Assembly (NCBI GenBank): GCA_026004495.1
Contig: BPJG01000001.1
Coordinates: 350,858-414,857 of the forward strand
DNA: 64,000 nt
Reading direction: 5' to 3'
DNA from: Candidatus Parcubacteria bacterium
Lineage (GTDB): Bacteria; Patescibacteriota; Minisyncoccia; UBA6257; HR35
Below, one piece after another: positions 1-11,100 of this stretch. The notes below the pieces were generated by a model. It ran no database searches, was not told the DNA's origin, and worked only from the letters and a program-made list of their open reading frames with translations. A program made the position numbers and the translations under genes. Each line of letters starts with the position of its first letter. Position 1 is the stretch's first letter.

Positions 1-155
1 TTCTGCCCACCAGCCAAACAAGTTTTTTATTTTTTAAAAAGGCTTTAAATTTTTTACGAAATTCTATAATCTCTAAATCTCTTTTTGATTTTTCAGGGTA
101 AAAGTTAATTTTATCTTTCATTTTTTATATTTAATAATTTTAATAAAAATAATTT

Positions 156-1403
156 TTATAAACCACCCCCTGGTCTTTGTTGAAAGCCCTTTTCAATTTG
201 ACTGCTAATTTGTTGATAAATAGGAATAACTATTGAGACAGCTAAAAGACCAACTACCAAACCTACAAAAATTATTAATGCTGGCTCAATTAAGGTAGTT
301 AAATTCTTTACACTGAATTTAAATTCTTCTTCATAATAATTTTGCAAAATTTCCAAAACTTCAATTATCTTACCAGTTTCTGAGGCAATACCTAAAATGC
401 CGACAAAAAACTTAGGAAAAACAATTTCTTGGTTAATACTTTCATTGAAATTATAACCCTGTTCAATTCTTTTATTTACTCTAATTAAGGCTTCTTTAAT
501 TTCTGGATGATTAATAACATAAGTTGTTAATCCGATTGCCTTTGAAAGAGAAATACCACTTTTTAAAAGTGATTCCAAGATAAAACATAAAGTTCTTAAA
601 TTTAATGTTAATAAGATATTTTTAATAATTGGAATTTTAAAACTAATTTTTAGGATGAATTGTCTACCTAATTTAGAAGTAATTAGAAAAAAAAGGAAGA
701 TTATTGATAATAATAAAATTAAAAGTATTAATTTAATATTATTGCCAATAAAAATACCGGCATCTAAAATAATTTTAGAATAAAAAGGCAGTTCGGTTTC
801 CATTTGATTAACTAAATTAGCTAAACGAGGTATAACAAAGGTTGTAATTATTATGATTACTAAAAAAGTTATAATTAAAATAATCATTGGATAAATCAAC
901 ATAGAAATAATTTCTGATTTTATTTGCTTTTCTTTAGTAAGGTCTTCGGATAACTTTTCAAACGAATTAACTAAATTACCAGAAATTTCTCCTATTTTTA
1001 TTATTTCTATTTCAATAGGATTAAAGCTATTTTTATAATATTCGAAGGCTTCATAAATATGACCACCTTTTTCAATATAATAAATTAAAAACATCAAGAA
1101 TTCTTTTAAGCTTGAATATTTTATTGAATGGGTTAAAATTTTCAAACCTTGAATTAAGCTTGCACCAGATTTAAGTATTAAAGCTAAATTTCTATATAAA
1201 AGTATTTTATCTTTGAGGTTTATAACTGTTAAAAATTTAAACAACGAAATAAAAATTTTTATTTCTTTTTTTTCTTTAATTTTGATTAAGCTCAAGTTAT
1301 ATGATTTAAGATAGTTACTAATTTCTATTTCTGATTCACCCAATATTTTACCCTTATGAATTTTACCATTAGGATCAAAAGCTTCAAAATAATAAAATTT
1401 CAT
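156..1403 (-). CDS. pilC: Type IV pilus assembly platform protein PilC (GspF family)
   Basis: 415-aa polytopic membrane protein with the GspF/PilC family layout of two cytoplasmic repeats plus TM segments. It lies immediately downstream of the PilB ATPase gene on the same strand. Confidence 0.75.
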   Translation of the reverse strand: MKFYYFEAFDPNGKIHKGKILGESEIEISNYLKSYNLSLIKIKEKKEIKIFISLFKFLTVINLKDKILLYRNLALILKSGASLIQGLKILTHSIKYSSLKEFLMFLIYYIEKGGHIYEAFEYYKNSFNPIEIEIIKIGEISGNLVNSFEKLSEDLTKEKQIKSEIISMLIYPMIILIITFLVIIIITTFVIPRLANLVNQMETELPFYSKIILDAGIFIGNNIKLILLILLLSIIFLFFLITSKLGRQFILKISFKIPIIKNILLTLNLRTLCFILESLLKSGISLSKAIGLTTYVINHPEIKEALIRVNKRIEQGYNFNESINQEIVFPKFFVGILGIASETGKIIEVLEILQNYYEEEFKFSVKNLTTLIEPALIIFVGLVVGLLAVSIVIPIYQQISSQIEKGFQQRPGGGL

Positions 1404-1411
1404 TTTTATAT

Positions 1412-3121
1412 TTATTCTCTTATAACCCTTAAAATTTCTTCTAAGGTAGTAATACCAACGCTTAATTTATCCAACCCATCTTGAAACATAGTTTTATAAT
1501 TTTTATTTTTAAGTAAATTTTTGAATTCAACAAGATTAAAATCTCTTTTAGATAAATAATCAGCTAAATCATCATCAATAAAAAATAATTCAAATATTCC
1601 CGACCTACCATGATAACCTGAATAATTACATAAATCACAACCTTTGCCCTTAAAAACATAATGAGGAATATCATAATTATTGGCCTCTTCTTCGCTTAGA
1701 CCATCTTTAATTAATTGTTCTTTAATAGTTTCTAATTGATAAGTTTTTAATTCACTAGAATAAATGCAGTTTAGACATATTTTTCTTACCAATCTTTGAG
1801 CAATAACAACACTTAGGGTTGATGCTATTAAATATTTTGGAATATTTAAATCTAATAATCTTGGTATAGAAGAAATAGCATCATTAGTGTGGAGTGTTGA
1901 TAATATTAAATGACCCGTTAATGCAGCTTGAATAGCAATATCTGCCGTTTCATAATCTCTAATTTCTCCTACCATAATTATGTTAGGATCTTGCCTAAGT
2001 AATGATCTTAATCCTTCAGCAAATGTTAAATTTATTTTAGTGTTTACTTGCATTTGATTAATTCTATTAAGTTCATATTCAATTGGATCTTCAATAGTGC
2101 AAATATTTATCTCGGGAGAATTTAATATTTGCAAAATAGTATAAAGAGTAGTTGTTTTACCTGATCCAGTTGGCCCTGTAGAAATTATCATCCCATATGA
2201 TTTTTTAATTGCTTTAATTAATAAATTCTCATGGTATTCATTTAAACCTAAATCACTTAATGATGTTGGCTTAAAGGTAGATGCTAATAGCCTTAGTACG
2301 GCCTTTTCTCCATAGAGAGTTGGGATAATCGATACTCTAACATCGAATTCAAAATCACCTATTTTTGTTTTAAATCTTCCATCTTGAGGTCGAAAATGTT
2401 CATCTATTTGTAAGTTAGATAAAATTTTTATTCGAGCAATTAATGATGAATGAATAATTTTTGGTAATTTCATTATCTCTTTTAAAATTCCATCTACTCG
2501 AAATCTAATCAAGCTATATTCATAAAATATTTCTATATGGATATCGGAAGCATTTAAACCAACTGCATAATTTAAAATATTATTAATTATTTTTATAGCG
2601 GAAACATTTTGGGCTTCTTCGTTTAGGTTAGAAATATTTTCTATTTTAGAAACTTCAATTTTTAATAATTCTTCATATTCCTCTTTATAAATTTTTTGAT
2701 AGAATATTAAACCCAAACGCATTTCATCTTCTAAAATTAAATAAGGTTCTATTTTTTTATGAGTGAGGTTAGCTATTAAACTAATGGTTTCGTAATCAAC
2801 AGGATTAACCATAGCTAAATGTAATATTTCCCCATCATCTTTAAAGGGAATAATCTTTTTATCTAAGGCAATTTTTTCAGGTATAAGTTTTAAAACTTTA
2901 GTTGGGATAGATAGATTCTTTAAATTTATTCTTTTGACACCTAGATAATTACTTAAAATGTTAGCATAATATTCTTTATCAAGAAGTCTTTTATTGAAAA
3001 GAATATCCAAAATATTTAAATTTAATTTTTTTGCCTCTTGATAAACTTCTGTAAATGTATTTTCATCTATGAGATTATTATTTATTAATAATTTTTTTAA
3101 TTCCTCTATTGAGATAATCAT
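1412..3121 (-). CDS. pilB: Type IV pilus assembly ATPase PilB (GspE family)
   Basis: Walker A GPTGSGKTT, the conserved Asp box and His box, and a tetracysteine motif (CLNC...CDLC) typical of GspE/PilB secretion ATPases. Length is 569 aa. Confidence 0.85.
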   Translation of the reverse strand: MIISIEELKKLLINNNLIDENTFTEVYQEAKKLNLNILDILFNKRLLDKEYYANILSNYLGVKRINLKNLSIPTKVLKLIPEKIALDKKIIPFKDDGEILHLAMVNPVDYETISLIANLTHKKIEPYLILEDEMRLGLIFYQKIYKEEYEELLKIEVSKIENISNLNEEAQNVSAIKIINNILNYAVGLNASDIHIEIFYEYSLIRFRVDGILKEIMKLPKIIHSSLIARIKILSNLQIDEHFRPQDGRFKTKIGDFEFDVRVSIIPTLYGEKAVLRLLASTFKPTSLSDLGLNEYHENLLIKAIKKSYGMIISTGPTGSGKTTTLYTILQILNSPEINICTIEDPIEYELNRINQMQVNTKINLTFAEGLRSLLRQDPNIIMVGEIRDYETADIAIQAALTGHLILSTLHTNDAISSIPRLLDLNIPKYLIASTLSVVIAQRLVRKICLNCIYSSELKTYQLETIKEQLIKDGLSEEEANNYDIPHYVFKGKGCDLCNYSGYHGRSGIFELFFIDDDLADYLSKRDFNLVEFKNLLKNKNYKTMFQDGLDKLSVGITTLEEILRVIRE

Positions 3122-3729
3122 GGCATAAAATTAAAAAAATAATCTGTTTTTAAGATAATATTATTAATTGTCATAATATTAATTATTATAAGAAAAAAAC
3201 AAATGAATAACCAATAATCCTTAAGAGATATTTTTTCTGAAGTTGATAATTTTCTAAAAATTAGATTTTTAAGATGAAAAATGATAATAATTAAAAATCC
3301 CAGAGGTAAAATTAAAATATTTAAGGGGAAGGATAATAAAATTGAACTTAAAAATATTATTTTGTATTCTTCTAAATAAAATAATCCTTGTTTAAATATA
3401 AAATTAAGACTAATAACTATTAATAAATTAATCAAACCTGATATTAATCTTAAAAATAAATCTTTAAAATAATGGTAAGAAATATATCCCAAAAAATAAT
3501 TTATCGGCTGATAGGGTGGTAATAAAAATTTACCCAGTGGGTTTTTAAAGGCTAAATATTGCAAGTAAGAAATAATAATTGCTTGGATAAAAAAAATAAA
3601 AAGAATTAAAATTGAAATAATAACGTAATTAATCTTATCTTTTTTAAAAACAAACCTTAAAATTATTAAAAAAGAGCAAATAAAAAAACTAAAATAATAA
3701 TTAAAATTTTTTAATAATTCAATGATCAT
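3118..3729 (-). CDS. Hydrophobic integral membrane protein; a prepilin-peptidase role is possible but not supported by motifs
   Basis: 203 aa with multiple TM helices, co-oriented with pilB/pilC. I could not find the A24-peptidase catalytic Asp motifs, so the call rests on position only. Confidence 0.3.
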   Translation of the reverse strand: MIIELLKNFNYYFSFFICSFLIILRFVFKKDKINYVIISILILFIFFIQAIIISYLQYLAFKNPLGKFLLPPYQPINYFLGYISYHYFKDLFLRLISGLINLLIVISLNFIFKQGLFYLEEYKIIFLSSILLSFPLNILILPLGFLIIIIFHLKNLIFRKLSTSEKISLKDYWLFICFFLIIINIMTINNIILKTDYFFNFMP

Positions 3730-4246
3730 AAATAAAAATTTTAATAAATTTAAATCTAAAATTAATTATAAAAAGAAATTAAAATCAGCATTTACAATTG
3801 TAGAAATTGTAATTGTTCTTTTAATTTTTTTTACTATCGGAATTTTAATCTATTCTAATTTTTTTAAAATTTCATTAGATTATAACTATCTTAAAAATGA
3901 TTCTGAGTTAATAGTTCAAATTTTAAATGAAGCTAAACAAAAGGCAATTCTATTTGAGAACAGCTCTAATTGGTCTGTTTATTTTGAGAATTTAACTTCA
4001 TCTGATAATATTTATTTATTTTCTGGAGATAGTTTTTCTACCTCAGGTTTTTATAAAAAATATACCTTGAATTATTATAATAGATTTATTTATCCACCAG
4101 AAAATAGCACTACCAAAGTTGTTTTTAGTAAATTTTCTGGATATACCAGTACCAATACTCAAATTATCATAAAAAACATTAAAAGCAATAATACTTCTAC
4201 TATTATTATTAATTACTTCGGAAGTATTGACTATTCAATTAAATAA
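3722..4246 (+). CDS. Type IV pilin/pseudopilin-like protein with a prepilin-type N-terminal cleavage/methylation domain
   Basis: The N-terminus KKKLKSAFTIVEIVIVLLIF has a positively charged leader, then F-T-I-V-E with Glu at +5 and a hydrophobic helix (class III signal). It is divergent from and adjacent to the pil genes. Confidence 0.6.
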   Translation: MIINKNFNKFKSKINYKKKLKSAFTIVEIVIVLLIFFTIGILIYSNFFKISLDYNYLKNDSELIVQILNEAKQKAILFENSSNWSVYFENLTSSDNIYLFSGDSFSTSGFYKKYTLNYYNRFIYPPENSTTKVVFSKFSGYTSTNTQIIIKNIKSNNTSTIIINYFGSIDYSIK

Positions 4247-4263
4247 TTTTATAATTTTAATTA

Positions 4264-4992
4264 ATGCATAACAATAGCTCATTTAAAAAAGAGAATTTTT
4301 TTCTTATTATTTTAGGAATAATAGTAATTTTTTTCTTAATTTATTTTTTAGGTAGCTTTAATATAAATAAAGTTAAAATTGGTAATTTTGGTAATAAAGA
4401 AAACCTAGATAGAATAAAAGAAACCAGCGTTGATATAAATACAATCTTAGGCAATTTACCTCCATTGGGCAATCCTAACGCTCCTATAAAAATAGTTGAG
4501 TTTGGTGACTTTCATTGTCCTTACTGCACTCAAGTACCCGAATTAATCTACAAGCCATTACAACAATATATCGATAATAATTTAGTCGCAATTTATTTTA
4601 GAGATTTTCCTCTTGATCAGATACATCCCTTTTCTCGAAATGTTCATTTGGCAAGTAGATGTGCTAATGAGCAAGGAAAATATTGGGATTTTCATAAAAA
4701 AGCCTTTGAAGATTTTAATAATGGCTTAGGCCAAAAAACTGGAGATAAAGATTATTTATTTAATTTAGCAAAAAATCTTAATTTAGATGAAAATAAATTT
4801 AAAGAATGTTATGAAACCAAAAAATATGAAAATGATATAAATAACGATTATATTCAAGGAACTCAATTAGGAATTCAAGGAACTCCAGGGTTTTTTGTTA
4901 ATAATTTATTTATTGCTGGTCTTGATGTAGAATCAATAAATAAGGCTATCAATTTATTATTAGGAAATAATTTAAGTAATAGTAATAATTAA
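4264..4992 (+). CDS. DsbA-like thiol:disulfide oxidoreductase (thioredoxin fold), membrane-anchored
   Basis: N-terminal TM helix and a CPYC active-site motif within FGDFHCPYC, a thioredoxin/DsbA-family signature. It is located next to the pilin gene. Confidence 0.65.
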   Translation: MHNNSSFKKENFFLIILGIIVIFFLIYFLGSFNINKVKIGNFGNKENLDRIKETSVDINTILGNLPPLGNPNAPIKIVEFGDFHCPYCTQVPELIYKPLQQYIDNNLVAIYFRDFPLDQIHPFSRNVHLASRCANEQGKYWDFHKKAFEDFNNGLGQKTGDKDYLFNLAKNLNLDENKFKECYETKKYENDINNDYIQGTQLGIQGTPGFFVNNLFIAGLDVESINKAINLLLGNNLSNSNN

Positions 4993-5040
4993 TAAGAATT
5001 CAATTATAAATTCTAATAAATTAAAAAATTTAAATATAAC

Positions 5041-5277
5041 ATGAAAAAAGTAATAATTTATACAACAAGTTGGTGTCCATTTTGTGAGGCTACAAAAGAG
5101 TATCTTCATCAAAAAGGTATTCCTTATGAAGAAAAAAATGTTGAATTAGATCTTCAAGCTCGAGATGAAATGGTAGAAAAATCAGGCCAATTAGGTGTAC
5201 CAGTTTTAGATATTGATGGCAAAATAATAATTGGTTATTCTCCTGAGGAAATAGATAATGCTTTATTAGAACAATAA
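5041..5277 (+). CDS. Glutaredoxin-like small redox protein (NrdH/YruB-like)
   Basis: 78 aa with a CPFC active site (TSWCPFCEATKEYL) in a glutaredoxin fold. It also has a GVP motif and a C-terminal GYSP motif. Confidence 0.6.
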   Translation: MKKVIIYTTSWCPFCEATKEYLHQKGIPYEEKNVELDLQARDEMVEKSGQLGVPVLDIDGKIIIGYSPEEIDNALLEQ

Positions 5278-5293
5278 AAATTTTTAAAAATAA

Positions 5294-5746
5294 ATGGTGA
5301 ATATTGTTAATCGAGGTATTGATTATCGTTATAAAATATTAGATAAATTTGAAGCCGGTATTAATCTTAAGGGCTTTGAAGTGAAATCCTTAAGAAATAA
5401 TAGGGGCAGTCTAAATGGTAGTTATATTTCCATTAAATATGGTGAAGTTTATCTTATAAATTTTCAATTACCGCCTTATCAACCTAAAAACGTTCCCAAA
5501 GATTATGATCCCAATAGACCTCGAAAGTTATTATTAAAAAAGAATGAAATAATTTATTTAACTACTAAAATAAAAGAGAAAGGATTAACAATAATTCCCT
5601 TAAGAATTTATTCTAAAAATAATTTAATTAAAATAGAAATTGCCTTAGCTAAAGGATTAAAGAAGTTTGAAAAGAGAGAAAAAATAAAAGAAAAAGAATT
5701 TAAAAAAATTAAAAACAAGATTGAAAAAACAAGAATAATTATTTAA
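5294..5746 (+). CDS. smpB: SsrA-binding protein SmpB
   Basis: 150 aa with the SmpB-family N-terminal core and a basic C-terminal tail. It sits directly upstream of a tmRNA gene. Confidence 0.8.
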   Translation: MVNIVNRGIDYRYKILDKFEAGINLKGFEVKSLRNNRGSLNGSYISIKYGEVYLINFQLPPYQPKNVPKDYDPNRPRKLLLKKNEIIYLTTKIKEKGLTIIPLRIYSKNNLIKIEIALAKGLKKFEKREKIKEKEFKKIKNKIEKTRIII

Positions 5747-5774
5747 AATTTAAAATACAAATAAAATAAAATTA

Positions 5775-6112
5775 GGGGATGAATTGGATTTCGAGGCGGA
5801 AAAGAGATAAAGAAGGCTAACGGTAAAAGCCCGCCTTAGTGGTTATAAAAAGTGCAAACCAACCTCTTGCCTACGCTGTTAGTTAAAGTAGGGCTCTGGA
5901 GAAAGTTTGTTGGATTCTTTCTTCAGGGTGATAAATAATCCAACTTGAATTAAAGAAGTTGACTAGCTTCTTTAATTGACACCAATAATAGTCTATCTCC
6001 AATTCATTTTGTAGGTTTTAAAGAATTGGGGTGAAAATTAAAAAAACCTACTATGTTAGTAGAATTCTTTATCAATTTTCCGTCGACGGGGGTTCGATTC
6101 CCCCCATCTCCA
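5775..6112 (+). ncRNA. ssrA: tmRNA (ssrA), standard one-piece form
   Basis: The 5' end GGGGATGAATTGGATTTCGAGGCGG and the 3' end GGGGGTTCGATTCCCCCCATCTCCA give a tRNA-Ala-like acceptor/T-arm with a G3:U70 pair. A candidate tag ORF runs from GCA at 5854 to TAA at 5884-5886 and would encode ANQPLAYAVS. It is adjacent to smpB, and no CCA is encoded. Confidence 0.8.
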
Positions 6113-6144
6113 AATTTATTTTGGAGTTTTAATTTTAAATTATT

Positions 6145-8145
6145 TTATTGAGGAGAATAAAGAATTAAACCAGTAGTTGTACTAATTATAATTTCTATTG
6201 GTCTTTGGCTAACATCATATCTTCTCCCATATTGATCGTTATAGATATCAAAATTATACCCAGGTGGTTCACTATTATTTGATAATATATAAGTAAATGT
6301 TGAGTTTATTGATGTATTGACTAAAACTAATCCATTTTCATAATTTCTTTTATACAAAGCTCCATTATTAAAATTAGAAGTTGAAGCTATTACTAATTCA
6401 TCTATACTATTTACTGGCAAAGGATTTCCCAGGGGTAAATATAAAGATTGGGGATAACATTGAGGCGTATTATAACTAGATTCATCTGAAATACTATAAT
6501 AATTATTTTTATTATTGGTTAGATAAAAAGATGAAACTATATAATTAGTGAGCTTATCATTATTATTACAATTTTGGTTGAAATTAATCTTGGTAATTGA
6601 AATAATAATATCATAAACCTTATTTTCAATTAAGGTTTTAAATTGTTTATGTATACTTTGAGGATTATTGTTAAAATTTAATGAAAGTTTTTCATTCAGA
6701 TATCCATTAGTAAATTTAATTTGAGTATACCAATTTCCCTCGCTATTAGGTTCATCGGCGTTGGCATAGATATGGTAGCCTAAATTTCCAAAATAATTAA
6801 TATAGGATGCCAATGATTTCTTAAGAATATTAAGAAATATTGGTTGATATATTTGTCTAGCTAAAATTGGATTACTGTAACCAGCAACTTCAAATAAATC
6901 AAATCCTAAAAAATCAGTTCTTAACAAAGAATCACCTTGAGATAATTTATAATACCTTAAAAAAGTTTTAGAAATAATATCAGCTGATTGAGAGAACAAT
7001 TTTATTCTTAAATGCCTTAGATGATAAGGCCAGGCATTATTTTGATTATTTGTATTTTCGATTAGTTCGGGATAAAGTGAAGTTGGATGAATTCTTTTTA
7101 TAATATTATTTAAATCTGAGCTACTGGTAGCAATACAAATTCTATCTATATACTCTAAAATATTTCCATCACTCCAGCTACGACAATATAAAGGATCATA
7201 ATCAAAATTATGAACACCTCTTAATAATATTGTCGAAAGAAAATATGTTACCCTTTTAAAATTATTATTTAAATATTTAACAATTAAAGAAATATTGTCT
7301 TCTTCTCCCCACCAAGCATCAGCCTCTAAATATAATTTAATAAAATCGATATTATATCTATTGCAATTGTTATATGAGCAATATTGATTTATTTCAGCAA
7401 ATTTTAGAGAAGAAATAGGTTTACTTGGGATGGTTAGGCAATTATTATTCCTATAAGCATAAAATCTAAAATCGTCTAGCCATATATTTCCTAGATATGG
7501 TTGGGTTGTAGAGTTAAATCTTATATAAATATAATTATCAATTCTTAATATTGAATTTGTTGTTGGTAGAGTAGCTGTTGCTATAATTAATTGCCAATCA
7601 TTATTTAAGTTAAAATCTCTATTTATAATATTTAAAATAGAATTTGTGGTACTAGCATTAACAATTAGATTAACTTTTATATTGTTAGGATTATCAGTTT
7701 TAATCATAAATTTAATTTCTATAACATCACCTGTCTTAGGATAATAATTTTTAGTTTCATTGCTGATATAAGGATAATCGGTATAGAGGCTATTTAACAA
7801 TCTAAAGGCAGTATTGAAATTTTGATTTGCTCTTTTATTAATTTTAGCCCTTAAACTACCTCTACTAAAATTGTTATTATAATAATTATTTCTATCTATA
7901 TCTAATTTAACATAAACTCCGTTTGTTTTAGATAAATGCCAACCTGCTGGTTTGCCTATGAGAGTATCTAAATAAAATTTTTTAGCTTCATTATTATCTA
8001 TTATTTCAAATTCTCCTATGCCTCCAGTGAAATTAAGGCATTGGTTATTATTTTGAGCAAAAATAAAGTAATTGCTGGGAATTAATAATAAGGATAAGAA
8101 AAAATAAAATATAGATAGCTTAAACATATATATTAATTTACTCAA
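6145..8145 (-). CDS. Secreted protein of unknown function (signal peptide; possible N-terminal carbohydrate-binding-like beta-sandwich)
   Basis: 666 aa with an N-terminal hydrophobic signal sequence, Asn-rich composition, and no recognisable catalytic motif. It lies immediately downstream of the giant surface-protein gene, overlapping it by 8 nt. Confidence 0.5.
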   Translation of the reverse strand: MSKLIYMFKLSIFYFFLSLLLIPSNYFIFAQNNNQCLNFTGGIGEFEIIDNNEAKKFYLDTLIGKPAGWHLSKTNGVYVKLDIDRNNYYNNNFSRGSLRAKINKRANQNFNTAFRLLNSLYTDYPYISNETKNYYPKTGDVIEIKFMIKTDNPNNIKVNLIVNASTTNSILNIINRDFNLNNDWQLIIATATLPTTNSILRIDNYIYIRFNSTTQPYLGNIWLDDFRFYAYRNNNCLTIPSKPISSLKFAEINQYCSYNNCNRYNIDFIKLYLEADAWWGEEDNISLIVKYLNNNFKRVTYFLSTILLRGVHNFDYDPLYCRSWSDGNILEYIDRICIATSSSDLNNIIKRIHPTSLYPELIENTNNQNNAWPYHLRHLRIKLFSQSADIISKTFLRYYKLSQGDSLLRTDFLGFDLFEVAGYSNPILARQIYQPIFLNILKKSLASYINYFGNLGYHIYANADEPNSEGNWYTQIKFTNGYLNEKLSLNFNNNPQSIHKQFKTLIENKVYDIIISITKINFNQNCNNNDKLTNYIVSSFYLTNNKNNYYSISDESSYNTPQCYPQSLYLPLGNPLPVNSIDELVIASTSNFNNGALYKRNYENGLVLVNTSINSTFTYILSNNSEPPGYNFDIYNDQYGRRYDVSQRPIEIIISTTTGLILYSPQ

Positions 8146-11100
8146 ATGTACAATCTAATATTTTATTAAATTCTTTAATAGTATTTACTCCCATAATACC
8201 TGTTGGTTTTTTAACTTTAAGGTATAATCTTTGAAACTTCTTTACTGAATTAATTGTTCTAATATTATATTTAGTTATTTCTTTATTTTTTGAACCAGGG
8301 CCAGTTTTAGCGATTAAAGTTTTATTATTTGAATTTAATATAATCTGGAGATATTTAATATTATTATTAGTAATTCCTGGTCTTATCTTTTTAAGGGGAA
8401 ATCTAAAATTACTTGGTATTTTTGATTTAATATAATCAAAATCAAAATCTTTATATTTAATGCATATATTATCCTCTTGAGTTTTTTCAAACTCTTCTGA
8501 ACTGGTAGTTGTTTGTAAATTTTGAGCTAAAAGATTTAATAATAAAAGTAAGTTATTTTGTTCTTGGTTTGCAGTTTCTCCATCTTCACCATCTCCACCA
8601 CTACCTCCACCACCTCCACTACTACCACCTCCACCACCTCCACTACTACTACTATCATTGTCAACAATATTAACATTAACATTACTTATTTGAATATTAT
8701 TATAGTTATTGTCTGTTGAAGAAGCAGAATGGCTAATAACTACACTATGATTACCTTCAGCTATACTATCATTAACTGCAGTTACATTAATAGTTTGATT
8801 AATATTCCAATTAGTTGGAGTAAAGACTAAGGTAGAAGTATTAGTTTGAATTTGAGACGAATTATAGGTTAACCTAATTATTACATTACTTGTTGGAGCT
8901 GAAGTTAACCTAAGATTGTAACTACTACCCTCTCCTCCTTCAGTAACAGTGATACTTGTTGGATTAACACTTACTCCACTACTATCATTATCAACAATAT
9001 TAACATTAACATTACTTATTTGAATATTATTATAGTTATTGTCTGTTGAAGAAGCAGAATGGCTAATAACTACAGTATGATTACCTTCAGCTATACTATC
9101 ATTAACTGCAGTTACATTAATAGTTTGATTAATATTCCAATTAGTTGGAGTAAAGACTAAGGTAGAAGTATTAGTTTGAATTTGAGACGAATTATAGGTT
9201 AACCTAATTATTACATTACTTGTTGGAGCTGAAGTTAACCTAAGATTGTAACTACTACCCTCTCCTCCTTCAGTAACAGTGATACTTGTTGGATTAACAC
9301 TTACTCCATTACTATCATTATCAACAATATTAACATTAACATTACTTATTTGAATATTATTATAGTTATTGTCTGTTGAAGAAGCAGAATGGCTAATAAC
9401 TACAGTATGATTACCTTCAGCTATACTATCATTAACTGCAGTTACATTAATAGTTTGATTAATATTCCAATTAGTTGGAGTAAAGACTAAGGTAGAAGTA
9501 TTAGTTTGAATTTGAGACGAATTATAGGTTAACCTAATTATTACATTACTTGTTGGAGCTGAAGTTAACCTAAGATTGTAACTACTACCCTCTCCTCCTT
9601 CAGTAACAGTGATACTTGTTGGATTAACACTTACTCCATTACTATCATTATCAACAATATTAACATTAACATTACTTATTTGAATATTATTATAGTTATT
9701 GTCTGTTGAAGAAGCAGAATGGCTAATAACTACAGTATGATTACCTTCAGCTATACTATCATTAACTGCAGTTACATTAATAGTTTGATTAATATTCCAA
9801 TTAGTTGGAGTAAAGACTAAGGTAGAAGTATTAGTTTGAATTTGAGACGAATTATAGGTTAACCTAATTATTACATTACTTGTTGGAGCTGAAGTTAACC
9901 TAAGATTGTAACTACTACCCTCTCCTCCTTCAGTAACAGTGATACTTGTTGGATTAACACTTACTCCATTACTATCATTATCAACAATATTAACATTAAC
10001 ATTACTTATTTGAATATTATTATAGTTATTGTCTGTTGAAGAAGCAGAATGGCTAATAACTACAGTATGATTACCTTCAGCTATACTATCATTAACTGCA
10101 GTTACATTAATAGTTTGATTAATATTCCAATTAGTTGGAGTAAAGACTAAGGTAGAAGTATTAGTTTGAATTTGAGACGAATTATAGGTTAACCTAATTA
10201 TTACATTACTTGTTGGAGCTGAAGTTAACCTAAGATTGTAACTACTACCCTCTCCTCCTTCAGTAACAGTGATACTTGTTGGATTAACACTTACTCCAGG
10301 ATTATTACTTATTCCTGTAGGATTATAATCAAAAAAGACCAAGTTCTTATTTGAAAAATCATAGTTATTTATCGAACCGTAGGATATGCTTTCAAAATTT
10401 CCTCCTAAATATAATTTTCTTGAGCTAGTACTAAAAGCTATTGAATAAATATTAAAATCTGGGAAAATTGCATCATAAGTAAAATTTATTTCTGAGGGCG
10501 TGTAGGTGGCAATTAAAAATCCTAATTGACCCCTGGTGTAAAGTTCATCAAAAAATCCTGAAACAAAAAGTATATTATTTTGACTATCATTTTTAATTTT
10601 AATTACAGGTAAATTTGGATATTCCATATAATTTAAATTTACTGGTGAAAGATTATTTTTATTTAAAGTGGCTAAATATTTATTAAATTTACCACCAACG
10701 AACAATAGATTATCTTCTGGATCTATGCTAATCGTATTAACTAAATCATTTATATTGGATTGAGCTAATAATATAGGACTAGAGGTTGCTCCTATAGAAG
10801 CCAAATAAGAAACATTTTGATTTAATACTCTATTAAATCTGCCGCCAATATATAAAACTCCAGTTGATTCATCAATAACACAATCATTAACTACATCATT
10901 AACAATACCGCTATTTCCATTTATAAAATTATTATCTAAAGTACCAGAACTAGCATTTATTTTTGCTACATATTTATATTTATTCTCATTATTTATTTTA
11001 GAAAAATAGCCACATAAAAATAGTTTATTATTAATCTTATCTAACGTTAAGGCTGAGATAAAATCTCCTGTTGTTGTTGAAAAGGTATAGTTGAAATCAT

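Noticed and set aside
3118-3729. Tempting to call this membrane ORF the prepilin peptidase PilD because of its position beside pilB/pilC
   Set aside because: I could not find the catalytic Asp pair or GGD-type motifs of A24 peptidases, and the N-terminal Cys cluster is also missing. It is left as a generic membrane protein.
8648-10297. Considered whether the 330-bp identical tandem array could be a CRISPR array or a mobile element
   Set aside because: The array has no short repeat/unique-spacer alternation and the units are contiguous with no spacers. The repeats are in frame and encode a coherent 110-aa domain within one long ORF, so this is a protein-coding tandem duplication.
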